Shown in pieces: positions 1 to 13,100 of a stretch of 64,000 nucleotides of DNA. The notes below the pieces were generated by a model. The model made no database searches. It was given only the letters and a program-made list of their open reading frames with translations, and was not told where the DNA came from. How positions within the stretch are numbered: the first letter of the stretch is position 1; each line of letters opens with the position of its first letter. The DNA comes from Pristiophorus japonicus (Eukaryota), in contig NC_091994.1 in NCBI RefSeq assembly GCF_044704955.1, forward strand, positions 43,152,001 to 43,216,000, given 5' to 3'. Position numbers and translations under genes: made by a program.

Positions 1-309
1 TGTTAGTGCTGAGGTACTTCTCCCATTTTTTTAGGTGCGGAAGGGAATTCAGCTTTAAGAGTTGAAGCCTCCCATTTGGGAATTCTTTTCAATGTTAATT
101 ATTATTTTCAGAAGGCAGTTGAACTGTAAGGGCTAAAATCTGCATATATTTACGTCATTTTTTTTCATTTCAGTAGGCATTGCCTCTTTCAGAAACCGAC
201 TCTGCTTTCTGAACTGACGGTCCTATTTCAGAGAGGCTGTTCAAGCTGCATTGACATTTTGGCTGTGCTACATTGGGGCCTCCCAACAGGACCAACACCA
301 CCAGGACAG

Positions 310-2421
310 CATATTTAAAGAGATATTTCATAACTCTCAAGAAAAAGATATTCCAGTGAGGAGGAAAGGGTGTAAAGGAAAAGATAGCCATCCGTGGCTA
401 ACTAAAGAAATAAAGGATGGTATCCAATTAAAAACAAGGGCATACAAAGTGGCCAAAACTACTGGGAGGACAGAAGATTGGGAACTTTTTAAAAGCCAGC
501 AAAGAATGACTAACAAAATGATTAAGAAAGGCAAAATAGACTATGAAAGTTAACTAGCACGAAATATAAAAACAGATAGCAAGAGTTTCTATAGATATAT
601 AAAAAGGAAAAGAGTGGCTAAAGTAAATGTTAGTCCCTTAGAGGACTGGGGACTTAGTGATGGGGAACATGGAGATGGCAGAAACTCTGAACAAATATTT
701 TGTATCAGTCTTTATGGCGGAGGACACTAAAAATATCCCAACAGTGGATAGCCAAGGGGCTATGGGGGGACGGGGAGGGGGGGGGGGCAGAGGAACTTAA
801 CACAATCGCAATCATTAAGAGGTGGTACTCAATAAGATAATGGGACTAAAGGCAAATAAATCCCCTGGACCTGATGCCTTGCATCCTCGGGACTTAAGAG
901 AAGTAGTGGCAGGGATTGTGGATACATTGATTGTAATTTACCAAAATTCCCTGGATTCTGGAGAGGTTCCAGCAGATTGGAAAATTGCAAATGTAATGCC
1001 CCTATTTAAAAAAGTAGGCAGACAAAAAGCAGGAAACTATAGACCAGTTAGCCTAACATCTGTAGTTGGGAAAATGTTGGAGTCCATTATCAAAGAAGCA
1101 GTAGCAGGATATTTGGAAAAGCATAATTCAGTCAAACAGAATCAGCATGGATTTATGAAGGGAAAGATATGTTTGACAAATTTGCTGGAATTCTTTGAGG
1201 ATGTAACGAACAGAGTGGATAAAGGGGAACCAGTGGATGTGGTGTATTTGGACTTCCAGAAGGCATTTGACAAGGTGCCACATAAAAGGTTACTGCACAA
1301 GATAAAAGTTCACGGAGTTGGGGGTAATATATTAGCATGGATAGTGGATTGGCTAACGAACAGAAAACAGAAAGTCGGGGTAAATGGTTCATTTTCGGGT
1401 TGGCAATCAGTAACCAGTGGGGTGTCGCAGGGATCAGTGCTGGGATCCCAACTATTTACAATCAATATTAATGACTTGGAAGAAGGAACTGAGTATAACG
1501 TATCCAAGTTTGCTGATGATACAAAGATGGAAGGAAAAGCAATGTGTGAGGAGGACACAAAAAACCTGCAAAAAGACACAGACAGGCTAAGTGAATGGGC
1601 AAATATTTGGCAGATGGAGTATAGTGTTGGAAAGTGTGATGTTATGCACTTTGGCAGAAAAAAATCAAAGAGCAAGTTATTATTTAAATGGAGAAAAATT
1701 GCAAAGTGCTGCAGTAAAGCAGGATCTGGGGTTCCAGGTGCATGAAACACAAAATGTTATTATGCAAATGATCAGGAAGGTCAATGGAATCTTGGCCTTT
1801 ATTGCAAAGGGGATGGAGCATAAAAGCAGGGAAGTTTTGCTACAGTTATACAGGGTATTGGTGAGGCCACACCTGGAATACTGCAGCAGTTTTGGTTTCT
1901 ATATTTACGAAAGGATACACTTGCTTTGGAGGCAGTTTAGAGAAGGTTCACTAGGTTGATTCCGGAGATGAGGGGGTTGACTTATTAGGAAAGGTTGAGG
2001 AGGTTGGGCTTCTACTCATTGGAATTCAGAAGAATGAGAGGTGATCTTATCGAAACGTATAAGATTATGAGGGGGCTTGACAAGGTGGATGCAGAGAGGA
2101 TGTTTCCACTCATAGCGGACACTAGAATTAGAGGGCATAATCTGAGAATAAGGGGCCGCCCATTTAAAACTGAGATGAGGAGAAATTTCTTCTCTAAGAA
2201 GGTTGTAAATCTATGGAATTCGCTGCCTCAGAGAGCTGTGGAAGCTGGAACATTGAATAAATTTAAGACAGAGATGGACAGTTTCTTAAACGATAAGGGA
2301 ATAAGGGGTTATGGGGAGCGGGCAGGGAAGTGGACCTGAGTCCATGATCAGATCAGCCATGATTGTATTAAATAGCGGAGCAGGCTCCTACTCCTGCTCC
2401 TATTTCTTATGTTCGTATGTT
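310..2421 (+). mobile_element. CR1-clade LINE, 5'-truncated, degenerate ORF2 (reverse transcriptase)
   Basis: ORFs 822-1745, 1591-1959 and 1995-2339 carry CR1 RT motifs ([34 protein letters not shown]). The element ends in a TTCTTATGTT-type microsatellite tail and is frameshifted. Confidence 0.93.
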
Positions 2422-2577
2422 AAGTAACACTGCATGGTAAGTTAAGTTCTGGGCCAATGTTAATTAGTGCCTAGCACCAATATTTCGGTCCTGCCGGCAC
2501 CGCCATGTTTGGCAGCCGTTAACACGTGGCCGCGGTGGCATCGGCAGCTTTTGTGGCCGTCACGAATTTCTAGGCCA

Positions 2578-2868
2578 TGGTCTCAGGATAAGGGCTTGGC
2601 AGTTGTGGACTGAGATGAGGAGAAATGTCTTCACTCAGAGGGTTGTAACTCTTTGGCATTCTCTATCTGATTGAGCTGTGGTTACTCAGTCGATGAGTAT
2701 ATTCAAAGCTGAGATCGATAGATTTTTGGACACTAAGGGAATCAAGCGATATGGGAATAGAGCAGCAAAGTGGAGTTGGTGCAGAAGTGCAGCCGTGATC
2801 CTATTGAATGGCAGAGCAATTGGAGGGGCCGAATGGCCTACTACTGCTCTTATTTCTTATGTTCTTAT
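2578..2868 (+). mobile_element. CR1 LINE 3' end fragment
   Basis: Similar to the CR1 3' end at 2150-2420, with the tail TTTCTTATGTTCTTAT. Confidence 0.8.
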
Positions 2869-3220
2869 CACCGCAACGACTACAGTATTTCTACCACTAC
2901 CTTCCATTGCAACTATGGTTGGGCAATAAATGTGGTCTTTCCAGCAATATACCTCATCCTGGAAACAGATGTATGAAGGTACACTGGAGCAAGTGTCTCC
3001 CAAGATTTTTCAAGCTGTTACAAAATCATCAAATTGCAGCCATAAAGTGGGCCATTTATCCCATCGAGATATGTGCCAGTGGTTTATTCCACTTGAATGA
3101 CCTCGTGTCCCTCCACTCACATGGTCATACCCTATACTCTTTACAGTTCTCTTATTCAAACAGCTTTCGCAATCCCTCACTAGAAGTAGACAATGACAGT
3201 CAGGTGCTTTGAAACTTTCT

Positions 3221-3367
3221 TTTATTCATTACGAGAAGCACTATTCAAACAACCCAGCAACATACTAACCAAATACTCTTCACAATGTGAACAAGGTTTT
3301 GAACACAGGAGGTTGAAAGCAGTGGGTTCGGTTCCATGCTGGTTCTCGAGGCAAATGAGTCTTTATT
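3221..3367 (-). terminator. Candidate polyadenylation signals of gene A (AATAAA at 3362-3367 and 3221-3226)
   Basis: Two AATAAA hexamers lie on the minus strand downstream of the stop codon at 3482. Both are conserved in gene B (48074-48079, 48215-48220). Confidence 0.55.
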
Positions 3368-3481
3368 ACAGATTTGGCCAGGAAGCTGGCATCTCAGTTA
3401 CAATATAATTCACAAAAAACTTTAAGTCATCTAAAATAATTTCATCTGAGTGATTGCTTTTGTTATTGAAGTGGAGAGTAT

Positions 3482-6400
3482 TCAGATTACAGGATACGAA
3501 GCACTGTAGTTAATCCCACACATGTTCTTGCCCTTGATCAGCCGCATGTAGCCGTCCTCGCCCCAGTTTGGTCCCCAGCTGGAAAAGCAAGAATATTTGT
3601 GAATATCTAAGCCAATCTAGTCACACCCCAAGTGAACATGGTAAGGATCCTTGCAAGTTTGCTTTGTAACATTTGATATTTTTTGAAGTGGCTTGAATGG
3701 ATTTTGGTTTAATTTAGATGATGTTACCGACAGAATGCTGGGTCAGTTTACAAAGGGTTAACTTCTGGAGAAGTACAAATCCATGTCGAGAGGTGATTAG
3801 GATAATTAGGTGGAACAACAGATGAAAGAGCCAATTCAATTGTGTACTCTTGCATACCACATTAGCTGTGAGACAATGAGGATCCTTTGAGCACATCCCG
3901 TAGCAGTTTGTATTTACCCTTAATGCAAGGATGGTTATCATTCAATGTACGCAGCAGAGGACTTAGCTAATCAGACAATATAGTGAGCTCCCACATTATG
4001 TGAAGAGATCTGGGTGGGGTTTCACTCAATGTGCACCATCGATTGGCAGCTGGGCAATATTCAATGCATAGAGTTGAGGGAAGGATCAAAGATTAGCTTT
4101 TGCCTCTCTCCTCTTTACCTGGGAAGTCAATCTGAGGCAGCCAGAGAGACAAAGAGCTCACACTTTCTACTCAGCCAAAGTGAGGCTGACATACTACAGG
4201 TGAAGGAGCAAACATATACAGCCTGTGAGGGTAAAGATAAGCACCAGTTAGTTAAGGGACTGCTAAGTTGCCAGTGAGTATATAGGCATGCCCTGTCCAC
4301 TCCATGCACCGACCTGGTATTGCAATATTTCCAGGAACGGTGCAACTTCGCCTCTTGGCCTTTTGGCCTAAGATCAAACACATTGGTGCAAAGTGATCTT
4401 TGGCATTAGAGTTGATCTGGAACGAAATTGGATTAAAAAAAAAAAAAATTACCGTATGAACTGCGATAAGAAATAAAAAACCATGCTGAAAAAATTGTAT
4501 TTTGTCCAATCATATATTTTACTGCATTGGTTTACAATTGGCCTCATTTTCATGCTCCTGAAAACTACAGCAAGACCAACTGAAGTCTCTGTTCCTTAAT
4601 CCTCCCTCATCAATATATAGCTGATGCCCAGGCATTCTTTGGCATCACCCTTTCTGTATAATCTCTGCGATTCTGAAGCTTTTCAGCAAGGCTGACTGTC
4701 CTTTACCTGTAGATATTATTTACCTGTTTTTAATGATCCAGTAGCCTTTTGGATGCAGATCCACATACCCTACCAAGAGCACTACATGGTCAATATGTTT
4801 GATGTTGCATTCGTCATTGTCATAGATACCTGTAAAATGGAGGATGGAGCTGTAGACATAAACAATTCCAAACTCACATTGGAAATAACATTATGTTAGA
4901 TTGTGAAGGTCAGAGCAACAAGATTTTGCGTTCATATAGCATTTCCCACAAAGCAAATTGGCCCAAGCAGGAAGTTGTTAGGGAAGGTAACCGAAGGCAT
5001 GGTCAACGAGGCCAAACTCAATGAAGAATTCCAAAGAAGAGAAGAGAGATAGTAAAGTGCAGATGCTTCAGATGATAATTCCAGAGAGCAGGGGTATATT
5101 GGCTGCAGATCCTGCCTCTGGAGATGAAGTGGAACTCCATTGTTGCTCTTACATTGATGTCTTGTACAGTGAGTTTGCGAGGTAGGATCTGAACCATGGT
5201 GAAAGAATAAAAGATTAGAATATTCTTTACCTGACTTGTAAAACATCCAGGAAGGATGTGATGAATGAATGATTACAGCAATTGGTCCAACACTTGCCAC
5301 CATTTCAGCTAATTTTTTGTCCTCGTAATGCTTAATCCTTCTGAATCCTTTAATTGTGGTGACACTCTTAGAGCTACTGAATAAGCACTCTGTGTTTTTC
5401 TATTATTAAAAAAAGTAAAATCTGTTTAGCAAATCGACAAATAATCAATTGCATAAACTGTCAAACCCACATCCCGTCACACACAAAATCCCACTCACAC
5501 ATCCCCCCAGCCCTTGCCGTCCTCCATTATCTCTTATTCCTTCAACGCATCGATGTCAAAATCCTCGCCCTCTTCTTGAAGTCTCAGCACAGTCTTGCTC
5601 ATCCCAAACTCTGCAAACTCCTCTCGGCCTAACATTCCTAATCACACCCTCCAACTCTTGTCTCCTGTGCATTCCCCTGTCCTCTCCACTCTACTATCAG
5701 TGGCAGACCCATCTGGACACAATGCCCCCACACGCCTATCCACCCACTCGGGCTCTCTCGATATAAATCCTCTGCCTTGCTACATTCCTCTCCACTTCAA
5801 AAGCCTCCTTAACCCCTATATCTTCAACAGTCCATCTGGCCACTTCCTCTAATCTCCAACCTGCTCCTGCTAAGATCTAACTCTCAACTGCTCAATGGTT
5901 CAGCTGCTTATTCACTGAGCAACTTCGCTGTACACAGCTAAGTGATCTCTGTTTAATTTCTACTCTGTGCTGAGTTACTGAACCTCTGCTGGGATAGTTA
6001 CTAGGAGCTACTACAATTTGACTTCAGTGCCCCTGCGTAAGGAGAGAAATTTGGTCGGGGTTCCTACTCCTGATCTCTATCCATGACCCCACTGGAAGAC
6101 GTTGTCCATAAGCATTGAGTGAGGAAAGTTTCAAACACAATTGTGATTCCAGCCATGGTTTCGAGGCCAATCGCAATCAAGGTTTCATATTTGAAGAACG
6201 TTTCAATTAGCAAGTTAATCTTTACAGCTATTTCTACCAGAAGTGGAGAAATGGAGAATATAAATGCAGCAGGAGTGTATTTTCTGATGACTTTCCCCAC
6301 CTATGATCAAAGAGTGAGCATTATTGAAAGGTGTTATCATTCAGAAATGACTACTTAGGGAGAGAGCAGGGCTTTTGGGAAAGGACAATGGAAAATTCAC

Positions 6401-9400
6401 TCCACTGAAGCACTTTAGGGATAAAGGACCTTCCTACTGCAGAGTTGAAGAATGTAATGTGATTGCCAATATATATGAGGACATTCAAAACCCGGCAGCC
6501 TCTGTAAACACAGTTCCTTAAAGTCCAATGAGGGCTGTACCTTAAACCAGAATATCTTTCAGACTGATAATGGACAGCCACGTTCAACTGTGTGAAATGG
6601 GAACAGTCAGGCAGTAAGTGTACCTTTGCTTTGTAGGGGTACGATTTACTAGATTCAATGCCATTGTCACGTATGTATTGGAAGGCACGATATGGAATGC
6701 CTCCCTGGCACCCATAATTTTTATATTTATCTGAACAGTCAATAACGTTTTGTACACTCAGTTCCTTGTATTGTTGCGTTCTCTTGGCCAATTGTCCTTC
6801 CAGAGCCCCAATGGCACCAAACGCATAGCAGGACAGACATGGGCCCTGTCGGGAAAGCAGATCAGTTGGCAATGGTCAAAAAGTTCAAACATTTTTTTCA
6901 CAATCATCACCACTTTGATTGAAAGCGAATAGTGCTCAAAGGCAAGATATTGATTTCCCTTTTGTTTCAACCATGAATGCCAAGAACCTCTTCCGTCGGG
7001 ACAGAAAGTACATGAACTCTGTTCTGCATAATACTGAATTCCAGACAACTGCCCTTACCTGTGTATCCATTCACTTTGAGGAGTCCAAGCTACAGCACAT
7101 GCTGAGGTGGCACCACACAGCTCCCCAGTCCCTCTCACCATTTGTGGGCAGCAGCATAGCTACACACATCTCAGAGGCTGCATTCAATGAGCTTGAGAAG
7201 CAAGAACCGATTGAGTTACAGTGTGCAGGTGAGGAGGGACACGTGGTGGTGGCCGAGGAGGATAGATGGCTGCATGGCTTCCATCCATGCCATCCCTGTG
7301 CTTTCTCAAGTGCAGCAGCGTGGTGACATTGGGCAAAACACACCATGCTTCTGTTAAAGGGGAGACCGGTCTCCCATTCCCATTGTTGTCTCAACCCCAA
7401 GGCCCAACTGCAGGTTGTCTCCTGAATTGAAGATTCAATTGCCATGAAAATCTGGGTACCTTTGCCCTCTGGAACAATTCTCACAAGTAAACAATAGGGC
7501 AGATGATGTTTGCATGGCATGGACATGATGGGCGAAAATGGCCTCCTTCCTGCTGTAAACTTCTATGATTGTATGATTCTATAATCTGGACACAGACGGG
7601 CGAGGTTGTACACTTCACACAAGAGCACTGCAGCTCCTTTTCACTGTTTGTTTCAAGCATGTGATGCCATAACTTAAAAGTATTAAAAGCCCACTTGTAA
7701 ATCAGCTGTGATTATTTAATTTTTTAGTCTGGTCACTTAAGCATATGCCAGAAACCCAAATTGTTAGATCAGAATGAATACTTATAACCTAATTGCCTGC
7801 TCCTCTTCTCATTATCGACCTATTGTCTCTTGTCATGTATGTATTGGAAAGCACGATATGGAATGCCTCCCTGGCACCCATAATTTTTATATTTATCTGA
7901 ACAGTCAATAACGTTTTGTACACTCAGTTCCTTGTATTGTTGCGTTCTCTTGGCCAATTGTCCTTCCAGAGCCCAATGGCACCAAACACATAGCAGGACA
8001 GACATGGGCCCTGTCGGGAAAGCAGATCAGTTGGCAATGGTCAAAAAGTTCAAACATTTTTTTCACAATCATCACCACTTTGATTGAAAGCGAATAGTGC
8101 TCAATTGCAAGATATTGATTTCCCTTTTGTTTCAACCAATATATATGAGGACATTCAAAACCCGGCAGCCTCTGTAAACACAGTTCCTTAAAGTCCAATG
8201 AGGGCTGTACCTTAAACCAGAATATCTTTCAGACTGATAATGGACAGCCACGTTCAACTGTGTGAAATGGGAACAGTCAGGCAATATCTTTCCTCCTGCT
8301 ATCTATCTGTCACAGCTCTAACTTCTGTCAAACACAAGGTGATTATAAATGTTTAAAGTTCGTGACCCCCAAGGGTTATTAGTGCCTACACAAATGATCA
8401 CGCCTCAGGAATCATTCGCCAACCCCAACAAACACAAGAGTTTCAACAGTGCTGAACCGAGGCCTTGAACAGACATTGCAGAAAGTAGCCGGTACCTGGT
8501 TCTGTACTTTTCCAACAAGGTCCGTTTGACTCCAGTCCACACTTCTGGGAAGAGCACCCACTTCCTCCACTTCTTCCAGTTCCTCCACTTCAACATCCAA
8601 CAAAGCCTCGTCCATGTAATTTGCCATTTCATAGATCCTTGCATCAGTGTACAATTGAACAAACTCCATGGGTGTCTGGGAGAAATGGTTGCATAATACT
8701 TACTACAGGGCTATTTCTACTAAACATGCAAAGCCAAAATCCATTTGTTTATGCAATTGTAGCTCCATATCATTCCATTGTTTGTAATTTGCAGCCAAGT
8801 TTTATGTGAAAGACAATTGGATTATAACAGAGACAGATCTTTCTGGCTAAGGTGTGTATGAGATGGAACCCCTGTGAATAGGGACAAGAGACATGAGGGG
8901 AAGGAAACTAGCTCTTGGCATCTGCTGTAGACCATCAAGTCAAGTGGGGGAATGGAACCAAGAGGTTTGAAGTCAATAAGGAGGCATCTACAGGAACAGA
9001 TGCCAGTTTTGTGGATAACATCTTCATTATCAGGAAGAGATTAGTGAATCTTTAAAAGGTCCTGTAGGAGAAAAAGTTTGAACCTGGACTCAAAATTGGA
9101 TTGTTGCATGGAACAATTGATCAATAAATTCCTGTAGGCAGAGGCATTTTTCGACTGGATATTAAATAATAACTAGGTAGAGCAGGTTAGTGTTAGAGAA
9201 GTGCGTGGCAGATGTGACTATAACATGGTATAGTTTAAGGTTAGACTTAGGATGGAAGGCAGACTGATTCAGTTGAAGCATTTACCCTTAGAAAGGGAGA
9301 TTTTGAAGGGATGAGGAGTGAGTCAATGAGATTGGACTGGAGAGTACAGTTAAATGGAGAATACATGGAATATATGCTTAGAAATAGAATACAGTGAGGA

Positions 9401-11999
9401 GAAACATACCAGTAGAGATGGAGGGTGACAGAAGGGAAAGACTGATGCAGGAAGAATATGGGCAAAAGGTTGTTCTGAAAGTATAAAGCTATGGGCAACA
9501 CAGTAGACTGAGATTATATAAAAGGAAGGTAAAAGGAGGTTAGGAGACTGGTCAGAATAAATAAATAGGAAATGCGGTTAGGATAATAGAAACTATTGCA
9601 AGAAATGCAACCATTGCTACAAATATAATCGGATATTATATGCAAATATAATAGTGAAAGGGGAGTTATGATCTTGCCTATCAGGTTTCCTGAAGTCCTT
9701 TGAGGAACCAGACGTAGAAATTCTGCAGAGGTGATATATTTTGATTTTAAGCAAGGTTTTTGGCGCCGGGCCACAAAAGAAACTAGTCCACAAGACACGG
9801 AGGCATGAAATACGAGGCAGGCTTCGGAGATGGATTGACAATTGGCTAAACCAGCGAAAGTGAAGTGTGGTTGTGAGTGGAGCTGTGTTGATGTATAATT
9901 CTGGGTGCAGTATCGCAGCAAGAATAACAAGGCACTGGAAGCAATGCAAAAAGGGAAAACAAACTGATACCTAGGTTGAGATATTGAAACTGCAAGGATC
10001 GGTTAAAGAGCTGCGTTTTTTAACTCTGGAGGAGAGAAGTCTCAGGGGAGATATTATTCAAGTACTTGAGAGCCTTGAGGGAAAACATAAATAAATCCAA
10101 ATAATATGTTTGAGATAATCACAGATTGCAGAACAAGGAGATCTGGGCACAAGCTGAGAAAAGAGGTGCACGGGCAGTTGAGATTTAACTACTTTACACA
10201 GAGGAGGTGAATGTGTGGATTAGACTGTCCACCAAGGCAGTGGAGGCAGGTAATGCAGAAAGGTTTAAGAGAGAATTGGATTGATGTTTGAGGGAGTGAG
10301 TGGGTGATTGAGATACATTAGATTTTCAGATCTGCCAGATGGATTACAGAATCTTTTCTGATTCTGTATTCTTTCAGATTTCCATGTTCCTTGTAAAAAA
10401 TATTTTTTCTCAGGATTTGGGTATCACTGGCAAGGCTACTCATATTGCCCACCCCCAGTTACTCTGAGAATGTGGTGGTGCTGGGGGATTGATGGATCAT
10501 GGGAATGTTTTGCTCACTTTAAATTAGTTGCATAGTTGGGAATGACAAGTGGACCACAGGCCATAGCAGTGAATCCAGCTGATATATTCTTGTCCCGTGA
10601 ACCAGAGACAGGTTTGGTTAAATGATCTAATGTTGTTCTCCATCATGTCCAGTACCAATCAGCAATTTTGACCGTGTAACATTTGCATCACTCACCAAGT
10701 CACCAAATTGATTCATGGACATTTCATATGTTGAATTTCCTTGACTATATTGAGCATTGTGAGCTGCAATCTTCTCCAGGTTTTCCAGCCATACTGCTCT
10801 CCTGGCCTGATCTTCTTCCTGCACAAAGAAGATTGAGTTACTGCACTTTGCTGTTAGCAGCACCTAATGCCCTATTTTATTGGTTGGCTTCAAGTAAAAG
10901 GTAGGTATGGTTGGCCAAGTTATGAACCACGAGTGAAGACAACTGAGTATCCAAGTAGGTGTGATTATATTTGATGTCAGCCACAGCAGTAGAACAGATT
11001 GGAGCAAAGAAAGGAGATTGTTGACCAGGATAATCAAAATTAGATTTGGAGGAGAAAAGTGAACAAAACGATCAAATTTCTCTCTGGGACAGAGCGGGCC
11101 ATAGAAACATCAGGAGCAAAGAAAGAAAAGGAGGAATGAAAGGAGCTTCTAGAAACGGTTTTGGCAAGAATTAGAAAGAACCACAGGGGTAGCAAGACAA
11201 TGGTTCCTGCTTCATTTCGATAAAGTATGAATAACCCTGGGGTTTAACATGTAAGCAAAGAATGTAGGAGATGAATGCAGCTGCACAAATCTGAAGCAAG
11301 GCTTGAGATTACACAGTATTTCTTTCCCACAGAACATTAGGCAGAAGGAATGGATTACTGGCTAAAGCAGATCATGGTATGCCAGGCAGGAGTTGGATAA
11401 ATCAGACATGCAACCCCAGTGGTGTGGGAACCTACTGTTCACATACTAATTAGAGGAGCTCCCAGTGATGCTGTAAACTTCAGCAGGTCAGTGATGGAGG
11501 AACTGTTGCAGATTTGCAATCCTATTTTCATCAGGAGGCCCAGTGAAGTGCAAGTTTAGATTCTTGGTAGTGTGGAAGCACCTAATTTCAGTGAATCACG
11601 ATTGGTTGCTTAGCTGTTATTACCATAATTTGTGTTTTATCAATTTGACTGAAATAAATGGCCAACAGCCACCATGTACCTGGTTGGCAGTAAATCTCTA
11701 AACCACCACGGAAGGACAGTTTGAGGGAAACCCTGCTCTTCGATTACTGCTGTGGGATCCTTCACATCCAACTGAACAATATTAACAGGCAGACGGGGCC
11801 ACAGTTTCGATAGACCCCCTCAAACAATGCAATGGTCCCTCAGTGCTCTACCAGAGCATCAGCCTAGATTTCTTACCACGCGAGGGTAGCTCTTCGCATA
11901 AGACTGCTTCCAGATTTCCCATTCCTCGTCTATGATTGGGTTAGCCGACGCCATGGAGACAACAGTCAGGATGCACATCACAAAGAGGGAAAGCTCCAT
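3482..11999 (-). CDS. Gene A: cathepsin L/K/S-like cysteine protease (peptidase C1A with I29 propeptide), 7 coding exons, 339 aa
   Basis: Coding exons are 11999-11877, 10818-10696, 8675-8496, 6845-6624, 5399-5231, 4829-4724 and 3578-3482. All are GT-AG with phases 0,0,0,0,1,2 and give an open 1020-nt frame. The protein has a signal peptide [25 protein letters not shown]-like [27 protein letters not shown], catalytic Q/C ([11 protein letters not shown]), H (IDHVV) and N (YWIIKNSWG). Confidence 0.93.
4285..4448 (+). pseudogene. Permuted U2 snRNA retro-fragment (U2 3' end, then U2 5' end, then about 57 nt of unknown origin and poly(A))
   Basis: 4285-4346 matches the U2 3' terminus (TCCACTCCAyGCAyCGACCTGGTATTGCA...CCAGGAACGGTGCA). 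4347-4377 matches the U2 5' terminus (TCGCyTCTyGGCCTTTTGGC-TAAGATCAA). An A14 tract sits at 4435-4448. The insert is absent at the paralogous site in gene B. Confidence 0.85.
7830..8283 (-). pseudogene. Permuted partial duplicate of catalytic exon 4 and flanks inside intron 3 of gene A
   Basis: 7830-8138 copies 6664-6973 and 8136-8283 copies 6466-6613. There is a 1-bp deletion near 7971. The acceptor is retained at 8011-8012 and the donor is lost. The segment is absent from gene B. Confidence 0.92.
8790..10390 (+). mobile_element. Old degenerate CR1-like LINE in intron 2 of gene A (mirrored at about 40970-42590 in gene B)
   Basis: Decayed RT-like sequence (GATATATTTTGATTTTAAGCAAGG, TGGATTGACAATTGGCTAA, CTCTGGAGGAGAGAAGTCTCAGGGGAGAT). 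There is no long ORF and the boundaries are approximate. Confidence 0.55.
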
Positions 12000-13100
12000 G
12001 CTGAAGCCTCTCACACTTCAAACGTGTCACAGGGTCGATGACTTTGTGAAAAGCTGTGGGCAAAAGATTCAGAAGAATGTGGAGAGATGATGCAAGTCCA
12101 TAATCTCACATTCCTACCCTCGTGATTAAGATGCTCTGTTAACAAACCCAGATTCTTTGTATCACCTTGTCACTGCTTCCTCTGCCTTTCAGATTATTTT
12201 CCAGCACGTGATTGCAGCCATTCTGCAGGCTCTACATGTTGTTACATGACAGTTCCCACTGGGCAGGATCCCAATCCCTGCTGTCCCATCGAGGAGGAGC
12301 TGTACAGCAGTAGGGACAGGGAAGAATGGCAGGGTGAGTGGACACAGCCCTCCTTGTACATCTCCTAATGGCAATCACAGAGTAAACAGGTAGAAGAGCT
12401 GAGATCAGACCAGCTACCTACTCCCTCTGCTGGGGATGAATACCAGAGTGGGACAAAGGGGTAGAATTTAGCCTTAAGCTGTTTCAACTAATAATTGTTT
12501 GTCACCAATTATTATTCATTCGGATCCAGAGAATAACATTTCATGAAACTTCCAAAGTCTCTTCCATTACACATAGGAGTCTTCAATTCCCCATTCCCAA
12601 TGATTTAAATTGCCCTGGAGATATATTTGCAGGGATTGTAAAGTTTCCTGGCTGTGTGAAACCTGAAGATAGATTCAGGGTGGGACAGAGCTGCCTGTAG
12701 CTTCAGATTTGACTAGCTCGAAGTTCCCACGAATCTGTGGTTCCCACTGAATTTGTCCTCACAATAAATCTGAGTTTAGAAAATACTGTCAGTAATTTTA
12801 GTGGAAAACACTGGATGTGTTTGTATGATATTTTTCTGTTTCCTTTGTGTTAAACCATTTATTTTACGTTAATTTCTCCATTCCAATGTTTAACACTTTT
12901 CAATCTAGTTTCCTTTCCTACACAACATTTAATTACCGTGTACAATGTTATGGTGCAGTCATTCCGCCCAATCAAACAGATTTTCTTTGCTGTGTTAAAG
13001 TGCTGAACCACCCAGCGATATTGCAGTCTATTAATTGTACATTAATATCAGACCGTTCACTAGATTACAGTCGATGTAAAATAAACGATACTGCACTCAC

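Noticed and set aside
170-391. 73-aa minus-strand ORF with a hydrophobic stretch, and a strong-looking acceptor at 150-173 on the plus strand
   Set aside because: Half of the ORF is the antisense of a CR1. There is no recognisable domain or partner exon in the window.
763-788. G-run with G-quadruplex potential (also a C-run at 35756-35785)
   Set aside because: These are homopolymer expansions inside transposons with no evidence of function.
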